Below, in pieces: positions 31,178 through 39,676 of a stretch of DNA of 64,000 nucleotides. Numbering within the stretch: the stretch's first letter is position 1; the number at the start of each line of letters is the position of its first letter. The translations under genes and the position numbers were made by a program. The DNA comes from a virus. The notes under the pieces are model-generated. The model was not told the DNA's origin and ran no database searches. It saw only the letters and a list, made by a program, of their open reading frames with translations. The stretch lies in the IMG/VR virus record IMGVR_UViG_3300030104_005963; one strand, written 5' to 3'.

Positions 31178-31420
31178 ATGTCTAGATTTGGAGATTTATT
31201 AGGTGGAAAAAAACCAGCAGCTGCTCCTGCACCTGAACCTGTTGTAGAAGAAGTTCTTGTTACTCCAGAAGAGGAAGTTCTTACTGAGGCAAGTCCTTTG
31301 GAGCAAATGAGTAAAAATGAACTTGAGGAGTATGGTAGAGAACTGGGAGTAGAACTTGATAGAAGACACAGTAGAAAAAAATTGATTAGTGAAATCAAAG
31401 AGGTACTGGACAATTCCTGA
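31178..31420 (+). CDS. Small protein with a C-terminal HeH/Rho-N-like helical motif
   Basis: LEQMSKNELEEYGRELGVELD; GATAAATA upstream. Confidence 0.7.
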   Translation: MSRFGDLLGGKKPAAAPAPEPVVEEVLVTPEEEVLTEASPLEQMSKNELEEYGRELGVELDRRHSRKKLISEIKEVLDNS

Positions 31421-31463
31421 ACTGTCCATTCAACATTGAATTTGCCTCAATTCATACTATAAT
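31407..31463 (+). promoter_or_regulatory. Palindromic box plus sigma70-type promoter for the AAA ATPase gene
   Basis: TGGACAATT-CCTG-AACTGTCCA; TTGAAT-N16-TATAAT. Confidence 0.65.
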
Positions 31464-31492
31464 AACTTCAGTTGAAACAAACGACCTACATC

Positions 31493-32593
31493 ATGCCCCT
31501 GTCTTCTGATTACGTCCGGACCTCCCTTCAAGGACTCTACGGCAACTCAATTACAAGTGGTGACATTCGTGCCTGGTGTGCGATGAATAGTGGTAATTAT
31601 CAAACCATTACTAAAAAACTTGATCAATTTAAAATTGGTCGTGGCAAATGGAATCTTGAAGTTACGCAAGAAAAGGTAGAACAAATCGAAAAAACTTATC
31701 AGGCACCTTCTGCACTGCCTGCAATTGAACAAAATCTCATTCCTCAGAAAGATGATACCTTCGTCCGCTTTGGCAACTTCGGTGATCTTAAAAAAATTAT
31801 TCAGTCCCGTCTATTTTATCCAACGTTCATCACGGGATTGTCCGGTAACGGCAAAACTTTCTCTGTTGAACAAGCGTGTGCTCAACTGGGTAGAGAACTA
31901 ATTCGTGTAAACATTACTATTGAAACTGATGAAGATGATCTTATTGGCGGTTTCCGTCTTGTTAATGGTGAAACCGTCTGGCACAATGGCCCAGTCATTG
32001 AAGCACTCCAACGAGGAGCTATCTTGCTCCTTGATGAGATCGACCTTGCCTCTAATAAAATTCTCTGTCTCCAATCTATCCTTGAAGGAAATGGAGTCTT
32101 CCTCAAGAAAATTGGACAGTTTATCCGTCCCAGTGCAGGTTTCAACGTCATCGCAACCGCAAACACTAAGGGTAAAGGTTCAGATGACGGACGATTCATT
32201 GGAACTAACGTGCTCAACGAAGCATTCCTTGAAAGATTCCCAGTAACCTTTGAGCAATCTTATCCTGCTCCTTCCAGTGAGGCAAAGATTCTTTCTAAGA
32301 TTGCTGATGGTCTTGGTATCGATGATGATAACTTTATCTCTCGTCTAGTTGATTGGGCGGACATCATTCGTAAGACATTTTATGATGGTGGTATTGATGA
32401 AATTATCAGCACTCGTCGTCTGACTCACATCATTCGTGCCTATAGTATCTTTAATGATAAGGCAAAGGCAATTCAAAATTGCATCAATCGTTTTGATGAT
32501 GAGACTAAGCAGTCCTTCATTGAACTGTATGACAAAGTTGATGCAGAATTCCAAATGCCTTCCGAAGAAGTTGCAACAGAAGAGGTTGCATGA
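31493..32593 (+). CDS. cobS: MoxR/CobS-like AAA+ ATPase
   Basis: GLSGNGKT, LLLDEID, ATANTKG, AFLERF; ATG 31493 preferred over 31472. Confidence 0.9.
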   Translation: MPLSSDYVRTSLQGLYGNSITSGDIRAWCAMNSGNYQTITKKLDQFKIGRGKWNLEVTQEKVEQIEKTYQAPSALPAIEQNLIPQKDDTFVRFGNFGDLKKIIQSRLFYPTFITGLSGNGKTFSVEQACAQLGRELIRVNITIETDEDDLIGGFRLVNGETVWHNGPVIEALQRGAILLLDEIDLASNKILCLQSILEGNGVFLKKIGQFIRPSAGFNVIATANTKGKGSDDGRFIGTNVLNEAFLERFPVTFEQSYPAPSSEAKILSKIADGLGIDDDNFISRLVDWADIIRKTFYDGGIDEIISTRRLTHIIRAYSIFNDKAKAIQNCINRFDDETKQSFIELYDKVDAEFQMPSEEVATEEVA

Positions 32594-32597
32594 TATA

Positions 32598-33032
32598 ATG
32601 AATAATAAAGAACAAATGCTTAATGCTTGGTCACTTTTATATGATGAAATGATTACCACTGCAAACTCAGACGACTATCAAGATTTTTGGGAAAACAGTG
32701 ACCCCAATACAAAAACAATTAATTTTAATATGGACAAACCACATTTTTGGAAATACAGTGAGGATGCAATACTTACTGAACTAAAAGAATATATTAGCAG
32801 CACATATAGGCAACACTATTCTGCTGGTAATGATAAAATCCAGACTCTTGATCTGATTGAAGCTTGTGGTGATGGTGAAGCATTTTGCCGATCCAATATC
32901 CTCAAGTATGCCTCACGATACGATAAGAAAGGCACTGCTCGTCGGGATATTATTAAAATTCTTCACTATGCAGTTCTTCTTCTGCATTTTAGTGATAAGA
33001 GCGCACCTCCGACTGAGACTTATAATCAATGA
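32598..33032 (+). CDS. DUF3310-like protein
   Basis: HYS...IQTLDLI...FCRSNILKYASRYDKKG; start revised to just after the cobS stop. Confidence 0.75.
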   Translation: MNNKEQMLNAWSLLYDEMITTANSDDYQDFWENSDPNTKTINFNMDKPHFWKYSEDAILTELKEYISSTYRQHYSAGNDKIQTLDLIEACGDGEAFCRSNILKYASRYDKKGTARRDIIKILHYAVLLLHFSDKSAPPTETYNQ

Positions 33033-33715
33033 AACTTCCATCTAAAACAATGAAACTCTCTGAAAAAACTCTGAATATTCTGAAGAACTTTTCTTCCATC
33101 AATCAATCGATTCTTGTAAAACAGGGTAATCAACTTCGTACTATTTCTGTTGCCAAGAATATTCTGGCAGAGGCAGAAATTAAAGAAGATTTTCCTCGTG
33201 ATTTTGCAATTTATGATTTGAATCAGTTTCTAAATGGTTTGAGTCTCCACCAAGATCCTGAAATGGATTTTTCTCCAGACTCTTATGTCAATATTCGTGA
33301 GGGAAAACGTCGGGTCAAGTATTTTTATGCTGATCCAAATGTTATTATCTCTCCTCCCGAGAAAGCAATTCAACTTCCATCACAGGATGTTTGTTTTCAA
33401 TTAGATAGTGTGACACTTGAGAAATTGTTGAAAGCAGCAGCAGTATATCAACTTCCCGATCTTTGCGCTGTCGGAGAAGCAGGTGTAATTAAATTGGTTG
33501 TTCGTGATAAGAAAAACGATACTTCCATTGAGTATGCTGAGGTTGTTGGTGAAACTGATAAAGAGTTCACATTTAATTTCAAGATTGAAAACATTAAAAT
33601 TATTCCCGGTGCTTATGATGTCGTTGTGTCATCTAAATTACTGTCCAAATTTACTAATTCAAATCATGATTTGAAGTATTATATTGCTCTGGAACCTGAC
33701 TCTACATTTGGATGA
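33029..33715 (+). CDS. gp45: Sliding clamp gp45
   Basis: LKNFSSINQSI, FAIYDLNQFL, YYIALEPDS. Confidence 0.95.
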   Translation: MKLPSKTMKLSEKTLNILKNFSSINQSILVKQGNQLRTISVAKNILAEAEIKEDFPRDFAIYDLNQFLNGLSLHQDPEMDFSPDSYVNIREGKRRVKYFYADPNVIISPPEKAIQLPSQDVCFQLDSVTLEKLLKAAAVYQLPDLCAVGEAGVIKLVVRDKKNDTSIEYAEVVGETDKEFTFNFKIENIKIIPGAYDVVVSSKLLSKFTNSNHDLKYYIALEPDSTFG

Positions 33716-34047
33716 TACACATTCTTTTTACATTGAAGGGATGTCCTTTTGGATTTTTAGATGATGAGGCACATATTCGTAATGTTCTTGCGAATGCCGC
33801 TCAGTTATCTGAAAGCACTTTATTAGACATTTCTTCTCACAAGTTTGATCCTTATGGAGTAACTGCCGTAGCACTTCTTGCCGATTCTCATATTTCAATT
33901 CATACATGGCCTGAGAATGGTGTGGCAGTTTGTGATGTATTTACTTGTGGAGAACATACAAGTCCTTGGAATGCTTCTCGATACATGTATGATGCTATGG
34001 GTGCAACCAGTCATGTAACCGAAACCTTTACTAGACCTTTGGAATGA
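33712..34047 (+). CDS. speD: Pyruvoyl-dependent decarboxylase proenzyme (SpeD family)
   Basis: FDPYGVTAVALLADSHISIHTWPE...DVFTCG. Confidence 0.85.
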   Translation: MIHILFTLKGCPFGFLDDEAHIRNVLANAAQLSESTLLDISSHKFDPYGVTAVALLADSHISIHTWPENGVAVCDVFTCGEHTSPWNASRYMYDAMGATSHVTETFTRPLE

Positions 34048-34571
34048 ACATTTTTGCCACAGAGCAATGTCCAAAAAATTCTGCAATGGTATTGCCAGAC
34101 AAGCATGTTGTCAAAATGCCTTTAGAATCTTGTCAAATGCTTTCTATCATTTTTTCAAAATGGTATTATGATTGGGGTACAATACCAAAAGCAAATGGTG
34201 AGGCATATGCCACACGAAAGGGTGCATTTCGTAATCATCCCTCTACTAAGTGGGCAGCAGCATCGATCTATAACACTGCCTGGTTGATCCAACATGGTTG
34301 TGCATTAGCAAGTGAATATCATTATAGATATGGTAAAATTCACACATGCTCCAAAACTCTATTTGAGGCTAAAAAATTATTTCATCGTAAAACAAAAATG
34401 ACAATCGTTTGTCATACACAGGCAGAAAATTTTTCTCGTGCCATGCCTGACGAATGGAAATTTGATGATACAATAGATACGTTTACTGCCTATAAACGGT
34501 ATATTGCATCTAAACCTTGGGTGAAGGATAATTATCTTCGCATCCCTGATCGCAAACCTGATTGGATTTAA
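34044..34571 (+). CDS. Pyrimidine-dimer DNA glycosylase-like (DenV family) protein
   Basis: MNIF...DKHVVKMPLE..QMLS...NHPSTKW. Confidence 0.7.
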   Translation: MNIFATEQCPKNSAMVLPDKHVVKMPLESCQMLSIIFSKWYYDWGTIPKANGEAYATRKGAFRNHPSTKWAAASIYNTAWLIQHGCALASEYHYRYGKIHTCSKTLFEAKKLFHRKTKMTIVCHTQAENFSRAMPDEWKFDDTIDTFTAYKRYIASKPWVKDNYLRIPDRKPDWI

Positions 34572-34573
34572 TT

Positions 34574-35515
34574 ATGAGTGATTTTATTTGGGTCGAAAAG
34601 TATCGACCAAAAACTATTGAAGAGTGTATACTTCCTGACAGTACTAAAAAAACTTTTCAATCTTTCCTAGATAAAGGAGAGATTCCTAATATGCTACTTG
34701 CCGGTCCTCCAGGCATTGGTAAAACAACTGTAGCAAAGGCACTCTGTAATGAACTTGGGGTAGATGTTTATGTCATCAACGGATCCGATGAGGGACGATT
34801 CCTTGATACCGTCAGAAATAATGCGAAAAACTTTGCTTCGACCGTATCACTTACGTCAGATTCTAAACACAAAGTCATTATCATTGACGAAGCTGACAAC
34901 ACATCCAACGATGTACAACTCCTCCTACGGGCGTTTATTGAGGAGTTCGCTGGCAATTGCAGATTCATCTTCACCTGCAACTACAAAAACAAAATCCTCG
35001 AACCACTTCATTCCCGTTGCACAGTGGTTGAATTCGGAATTAGGGGAAGAGACCGTCAAACCATTGCCGCCCAGTTCTTCAAAAGAATCCAAGAAATCTT
35101 GGATACAGAAAGTGTTGAATATGATAACAAGGTCCTGGTAGAACTGATAAACAAACACTTTCCTGATTGGAGACGTGTATTAAATGAGTGTCAAAGATAT
35201 TCTGTTAGTGGTAAAATTGATTCTGGCATCCTTGCCACGTTCTCTGATGTTGCTGTAAATGAACTTATTAAAGACCTTAAAGAGAAAAATTTCTCGGAAG
35301 TCCGGAAGTGGATTGTTTCTAACTTGGACAATGATATTTCTATTCTTTTGCGTCGTATTTACGATGCTCTTTATGATTCCTTGGTTCCGGGTTCTATTCC
35401 CGCTGCTGTGCTTGTACTTGCTAAGTATCAGTATCAGGGTGCGTTCGTGGCGGATCAGGAAATAAACATGCTTGCTTGTCTAACTGAGATCATGGTGGAG
35501 TGTGAATTTAAATGA
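34574..35515 (+). CDS. gp44: Clamp loader large subunit gp44
   Basis: WVEKYRP, GPPGIGKT, IIDEAD, PLHSRC. Confidence 0.96.
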   Translation: MSDFIWVEKYRPKTIEECILPDSTKKTFQSFLDKGEIPNMLLAGPPGIGKTTVAKALCNELGVDVYVINGSDEGRFLDTVRNNAKNFASTVSLTSDSKHKVIIIDEADNTSNDVQLLLRAFIEEFAGNCRFIFTCNYKNKILEPLHSRCTVVEFGIRGRDRQTIAAQFFKRIQEILDTESVEYDNKVLVELINKHFPDWRRVLNECQRYSVSGKIDSGILATFSDVAVNELIKDLKEKNFSEVRKWIVSNLDNDISILLRRIYDALYDSLVPGSIPAAVLVLAKYQYQGAFVADQEINMLACLTEIMVECEFK

Positions 35516-36003
35516 ATAAAACTAGATATTATCTAAAATTTGGAAAGCAGACATCAACTTTTGGTGTAGATCCAAAAAACTGGATGAAAGAATTTGGTTG
35601 GGAATTTGTCAAGTCTAATGGGGTAAAAGTTTATTATGATGAAGATTTAAAGCAACTTTATTGCTATGAAAAACCAACCCTTTTATCTCAATATGATTGG
35701 GGTAAAACAATGTATTCATTACACTCTGCAGATTTGATGATTGATTTTGAAAAAGAAGTTGAAATCACTGAAGAGGTTGTAAAATTAAAACCTGGAAAAT
35801 CTCAAAAAACTCAATGGAAAAGTAGTAACAAGGGTGGTAATGGTAAAAATGTAACGTTAAATCCAAAACCCTCTAATGTTACTAAAAATCCTGGACCAGT
35901 TAGATACTATAGTAAATCAGATCAGGATGGATTTACTAGAATAAATAAACCAAAAAATAATCCTCCAAAGGGAACTATTGTTGGAATTTTTACTGGAGTG
36001 TGA
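35512..36003 (+). CDS. ORFan hypothetical protein bounded by direct repeats
   Basis: 163-aa ORF with ATGA overlap; K/N/P-rich tail. Confidence 0.7.
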   Translation: MNKTRYYLKFGKQTSTFGVDPKNWMKEFGWEFVKSNGVKVYYDEDLKQLYCYEKPTLLSQYDWGKTMYSLHSADLMIDFEKEVEITEEVVKLKPGKSQKTQWKSSNKGGNGKNVTLNPKPSNVTKNPGPVRYYSKSDQDGFTRINKPKNNPPKGTIVGIFTGV

Positions 36004-36009
36004 ATTCAA

Positions 36010-36183
36010 ATGAAACATCGTGATAACTATTATGTCAAGTTTGATGATGAAGAACTTCGGCAAATCTTGAAAGAGATTAGTAGTGAAGAAGTTAAAGAGA
36101 GGATAAGAAGTTCATTGGGAAAAACAATTGATCCTATAGATAAGTTTCACGCAACTATCGCATATTATAATAATGAAGTTTAA
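36010..36183 (+). CDS. Small hypothetical protein (absent from ORF track)
   Basis: 57-aa ORF MKHRDNYYVKFDDEELRQ...; GGAG SD lies in repeat copy 2. Confidence 0.6.
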   Translation: MKHRDNYYVKFDDEELRQILKEISSEEVKERIRSSLGKTIDPIDKFHATIAYYNNEV

Positions 36184-36427
36184 AGCAAAAATTTATGTTA
36201 GACTAAGAGCAGCAGTTGATGATTCTGCAGGTAATGCAGTTCGTCAAGCTTGTGGAACACTCTCTGATTTAAAGATGGAAAAGTTGAGATTGGGAAAACT
36301 AATTGAGATTGATTTTGAGGCACCCGATAAAGAATATGCCGAGAAAGAAATTGAAATGTTAAGTGACAGACTATTTGCTAATGCTGTAATTGAAGACTAT
36401 GAATGGAGTGTAAAATCAAGTGAATAA
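36173..36427 (+). CDS. purS: FGAM synthetase subunit PurS
   Basis: KIYVRLRAAVDDSAGNAV...LRLGKLIEI...LFANAVIEDY. Confidence 0.85.
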   Translation: MKFKAKIYVRLRAAVDDSAGNAVRQACGTLSDLKMEKLRLGKLIEIDFEAPDKEYAEKEIEMLSDRLFANAVIEDYEWSVKSSE

Positions 36428-36617
36428 AAATGAACTTGAAGAACTTAGATATGACGTAGCACATCATTTACTTAGTAGAATGAGTAAAGGTTCTCAGTTT
36501 GAATATGCATTAGATAAAATGCTACAACTCTGTGATCAATATACAGAGAAAGAACTTAAACAAATTTTATCCAAACAAAAAAAGAAAGAGAAAAAAACTA
36601 GAGGAATAGGATTCTAA
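36420..36617 (+). CDS. Hypothetical protein
   Basis: 65-aa ORF; GTG start inside repeat copy 3. Confidence 0.65.
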   Translation: MNKNELEELRYDVAHHLLSRMSKGSQFEYALDKMLQLCDQYTEKELKQILSKQKKKEKKTRGIGF

Positions 36618-36886
36618 TGATTGAACTTTTAACACAAACCGAGTTTTCATGGGCTGCCAATCACACGATTGTTGAATTTTTGGCAGGATATATATTTGGT
36701 AGTGCATTAATTATTGGAGCACCAGGTGTGTTCTTCTTCATTGCATTTATGCCAGCACTGCAAAGAACCAAGGGAGCACAAATTGGTTACAAAGATCGTA
36801 AAGATTATGGTTACTCATCTACCTATGAGAATGGTAAAATGGCAGATCAAAAACCTTATGTACATCAACTTTCATTGGCAGTTTAA
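36617..36886 (+). CDS. Small membrane protein
   Basis: Hydrophobic stretch LAGYIFGSALIIGAPGVFFFIAFM. Confidence 0.7.
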   Translation: MIELLTQTEFSWAANHTIVEFLAGYIFGSALIIGAPGVFFFIAFMPALQRTKGAQIGYKDRKDYGYSSTYENGKMADQKPYVHQLSLAV

Positions 36887-37023
36887 TGAGTGAAAAAATT
36901 GTATGGACACAAAGACCTCCTATTTCAGATAGGGAATGTATTCTTATTTGTCTAAATAATGCTCCTTGCGGAACAAATAGAAAACAAGTTGAACGATTAA
37001 TTAGGGAGTATGAAACCAAATGA
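36886..37023 (+). CDS. Small hypothetical protein (absent from ORF track)
   Basis: 45-aa ORF MSEKIVWTQRPP...REYETK, coupled at both ends. Confidence 0.6.
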   Translation: MSEKIVWTQRPPISDRECILICLNNAPCGTNRKQVERLIREYETK

Positions 37024-37220
37024 AAAAGAAAATTAGGGCACAAGTAAAGTCTAGATTCTATTATTATTTTTGGTTAATTGCCACAATCTCTGTGGTCTTT
37101 GGTCAAATTTATGTCGGAACTGGATATCGTGTATTGCATAAAGATATGCAAGAACTCTTTAGAAAAGTAGATGGAGTTCTTCTTCACAAAGATAATACTC
37201 CTTATGGAAATATTTTATGA
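37020..37220 (+). CDS. Small membrane protein
   Basis: Single TM-like segment; start lies in repeat copy 4. Confidence 0.65.
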   Translation: MKKKIRAQVKSRFYYYFWLIATISVVFGQIYVGTGYRVLHKDMQELFRKVDGVLLHKDNTPYGNIL

Positions 37221-37477
37221 ACCTGTATAAAATTAATGAAAAAAATTTAGTTGAACCAAGAGTAAAAACTACTCCTGAAAATGTAGAAGAATCAAATAGA
37301 GCGTTGTTTCATGCTACAATGAATTTACCTTCTGCCGCCAAACACTGTGGTATGACTGAGAAGGAAATGAAATTGACCTTCTGGGAATTTTTAAAATATA
37401 ATCCTGTTAATTATGAAATCACTGAAGTCTTTGAAAACACCTCTCCGATATCCGGGAGGGAAATCGAAAGCAATTAA
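37217..37477 (+). CDS. Hypothetical protein
   Basis: 86-aa ORF; NLPSAAKHCGMT suggests an HTH-like helix pair. Confidence 0.6.
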   Translation: MNLYKINEKNLVEPRVKTTPENVEESNRALFHATMNLPSAAKHCGMTEKEMKLTFWEFLKYNPVNYEITEVFENTSPISGREIESN

Positions 37478-38297
37478 GACTCTTTCTAAGTGGTATCCAA
37501 AAATTATCACCGAGTATCGTGAACCATTCATTGGTGGTGGATCTATTGCGATTGATGTAACCAAGGCAAATCCAGATATTCCTGTCTGGATTAATGACCT
37601 GTATGTGCCCCTCTACAACTTCTGGAAGCAACTGCGTGATCATGGTCAGGACCTCTCAGAGAGTGTCAGAGAGCAGAAAGAGAAGATGCTTGAGAGTGGC
37701 ACTCAGGATGAGAAAGACAAGTTTGCTAAGGACTTGTTCAATCAGTACTCCTCAGAAATTGATACCTATGATGATTTTCAGAAGGCAGTTGCTTTCTTCA
37801 TTATGAACAAGTGTAGTTATTCTGGTTTGACCGAGAATAGTACTTTCTCAAGAACTGCCGCTAATGCTAACTTTTCTTTGGTTGGTGCAGATAAACTTGC
37901 TCAGTTCTCACAACTAATTAAAAACTGGAATATCACTAATATTGATTATTCTAAAGTTATGAATGCTGAGGGACCTAAAAATACTTTTGTATTTCTTGAC
38001 CCTCCTTATGACATCAAAGATTTTCTGTATGGAAAAAATTACGAGATGCACAAGTTATTTGATCATGAAGTATTTGCCGAAAAAGTATATTCATGTCCTC
38101 ATAACTTCATGATCACTTACAATGTAAATGATCGTCTTCTTGAATTGTATAAAGATTATTATCTTGAATACTGGAAACTACGTTACTCCATGGTTCATCG
38201 TGGAGACAAAAATACTCAGGATAATGTAAAAACTGAACTTCTAGTTACAAATTATTCTCTTACACCAAAAACTCCGATTGAAGAACAATGGAATTGA
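37413..38297 (+). CDS. dam: DNA adenine methyltransferase (Dam/D12 class)
   Basis: YPGGKS, EPFIGGGS, FLDPPY. Confidence 0.92.
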   Translation: MKSLKSLKTPLRYPGGKSKAIKTLSKWYPKIITEYREPFIGGGSIAIDVTKANPDIPVWINDLYVPLYNFWKQLRDHGQDLSESVREQKEKMLESGTQDEKDKFAKDLFNQYSSEIDTYDDFQKAVAFFIMNKCSYSGLTENSTFSRTAANANFSLVGADKLAQFSQLIKNWNITNIDYSKVMNAEGPKNTFVFLDPPYDIKDFLYGKNYEMHKLFDHEVFAEKVYSCPHNFMITYNVNDRLLELYKDYYLEYWKLRYSMVHRGDKNTQDNVKTELLVTNYSLTPKTPIEEQWN

Positions 38298-38668
38298 AAG
38301 ATTGGTTGAACAGTATCAATCAAACAAAAAAACATTTGATTGATGAAGATCCTTCTACTGAGAAAGACTATCCTCCATATATTATCAATCGTTGTTTCTC
38401 TGGACATATTGATACTTTGATGTTTGCAAATGAAATGAATAAGTATCATTTTCTTCCTAAAAAGTTACAATACGACTTTCTTATAAATATTGTGAGGAAA
38501 AAGAAGAGATTCTCTCCCTGGCTCCGACAAGATAAGATCAAAGATCTTGATTATGTCAAACGTTATTATGGTTATAGTAATGAAAAGGCAAAACAGGCTT
38601 TGAAAATTCTTACACGAGAACAAATTAACTTTATTAAATCGAAATTTGAAACTGGAGGAAAAAGATGA
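38288..38668 (+). CDS. gp62: Clamp loader small subunit gp62
   Basis: YPPYIINRCFS...QYDFL...RFSPW...YGYSNEKA. Confidence 0.92.
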   Translation: MELKDWLNSINQTKKHLIDEDPSTEKDYPPYIINRCFSGHIDTLMFANEMNKYHFLPKKLQYDFLINIVRKKKRFSPWLRQDKIKDLDYVKRYYGYSNEKAKQALKILTREQINFIKSKFETGGKR

Positions 38669-39105
38669 GTGTTGTTAGAGAACCTGAAGTGAGTTGGTCT
38701 CCCGAACAAATGGTTGAGATTGCTCTCAATGAACCTGATGACTTTTTGAAAGTACGTGAAACTTTGACAAGAATCGGAGTTGCATCTAGAAAGGAAAAGA
38801 AAATCTATCAGTCCTGTCATATTCTTCACAAGCAAGGAAGATATTTTTTAGTGCATTTTAAAGAACTATTTGCACTAGATGGAAAACATGCGAATTTGAC
38901 ACAAAATGACATCCAGCGCCGTAACCGTATTGCTCAACTTCTTGCTGATTGGGGTCTTATTAGTATTGTTGATTTAGAAAAAATTCAAGACATTGCACCA
39001 CTAAATCAAATTAAAGTTCTTGCATATAAGGATAAGCAAGAATGGACACTAGAAACCAAGTATAATATTGGTTCTAAGAAAAAACGGACAGAGGAAACCG
39101 AATAA
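38665..39105 (+). CDS. regA: Translational repressor RegA
   Basis: DDFLKVRETLTRIG, QSCHILHKQGRYFLVHFKELFALDG. Confidence 0.96.
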   Translation: MSVVREPEVSWSPEQMVEIALNEPDDFLKVRETLTRIGVASRKEKKIYQSCHILHKQGRYFLVHFKELFALDGKHANLTQNDIQRRNRIAQLLADWGLISIVDLEKIQDIAPLNQIKVLAYKDKQEWTLETKYNIGSKKKRTEETE

Positions 39106-39111
39106 AAAACT

Positions 39112-39137
39112 ACGGGGTTCACCACCCCGTTTTTTTT
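39112..39137 (+). terminator. Intrinsic terminator after regA
   Basis: ACGGGG-TTCACCA-CCCCGT followed by T7. Confidence 0.85.
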
Positions 39138-39148
39138 ATGTTCTGTGC

Positions 39149-39156
39149 TATAAATA
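39149..39156 (+). promoter_or_regulatory. Late promoter TATAAATA for hsp20
   Basis: Exact consensus. Confidence 0.7.
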
Positions 39157-39213
39157 TACCGGATGCCTTCGGGGTCCACACAATCAAATCTCGCTTTAAT
39201 AAGGAGAAGTACA

Positions 39214-39648
39214 ATGAACAACTTAGCAAAGTATAATGCCGCCAATCTAGATCAACTGCTAGACCGCATAAATAGGAATAGTATTGGTATGGATGAATAC
39301 TTCAATCGTCTGTTTTCGTTGCATGAAACGACATCGAATTATCCTCCGTACAATCTAATACAGGTCAGCAACACAGAATCTGTATTAGAACTAGCACTAG
39401 CAGGATTTAAAAAAAATCAAGTAAATGTCTACACACAAGACGGTAAACTCTTTGTCGAAGGACAAAGAGAAGATGGAGAAACCAACACAGATTACGTCCA
39501 TAGAGGAGTGGCTCAACGATCTTTCACAAGGTGCTGGACACTCAGTGACGAGACGGAAGTTAGATCAGTTAGCTTTGAGGATGGGCTTCTGAGTATTACA
39601 CTTGGAAAGGTAGTACCAGAGGCACACAAGAAAAAAGTATGGTTCTAA
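39214..39648 (+). CDS. hsp20: Small heat shock protein Hsp20
   Basis: YPPYN, LALAGF, HRGVAQRSFTR, DGLLSITL; AAGGAG SD before ATG 39214. Confidence 0.95.
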   Translation: MNNLAKYNAANLDQLLDRINRNSIGMDEYFNRLFSLHETTSNYPPYNLIQVSNTESVLELALAGFKKNQVNVYTQDGKLFVEGQREDGETNTDYVHRGVAQRSFTRCWTLSDETEVRSVSFEDGLLSITLGKVVPEAHKKKVWF

Positions 39649-39676
39649 ATAGAATTGAATATCGTCGCCGCAGATA

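Larger units (their letters stand above)
35496..37024 (+). repeat. Four degenerate 21-bp direct repeats at gene junctions (35496, 35994, 36404, 37004)
   Basis: TGGAGTGTGAATTTAAATGAA / TGGAGTGTGAATTCAAATGAA / TGGAGTGTAAAATCAAGTGAA / GGGAGTATGAAACCAAATGAA. Confidence 0.8.

Noticed and set aside
32436-32597. Long N-terminal extension of the DUF3310-like ORF overlapping cobS
   Set aside because: Artefact of longest-ORF calling; an ATG just after the cobS stop is more plausible.
33704-34047. TTTGGATGA / TTTGGAATGA flanking speD as a possible insertion scar
   Set aside because: Too short and gapped; explained by ATGA coupling.
36601-36620. GGAATAGGATTCTAATGA as a fifth copy of the gp44-end repeat
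   Set aside because: Needs a gap and several mismatches; not counted.
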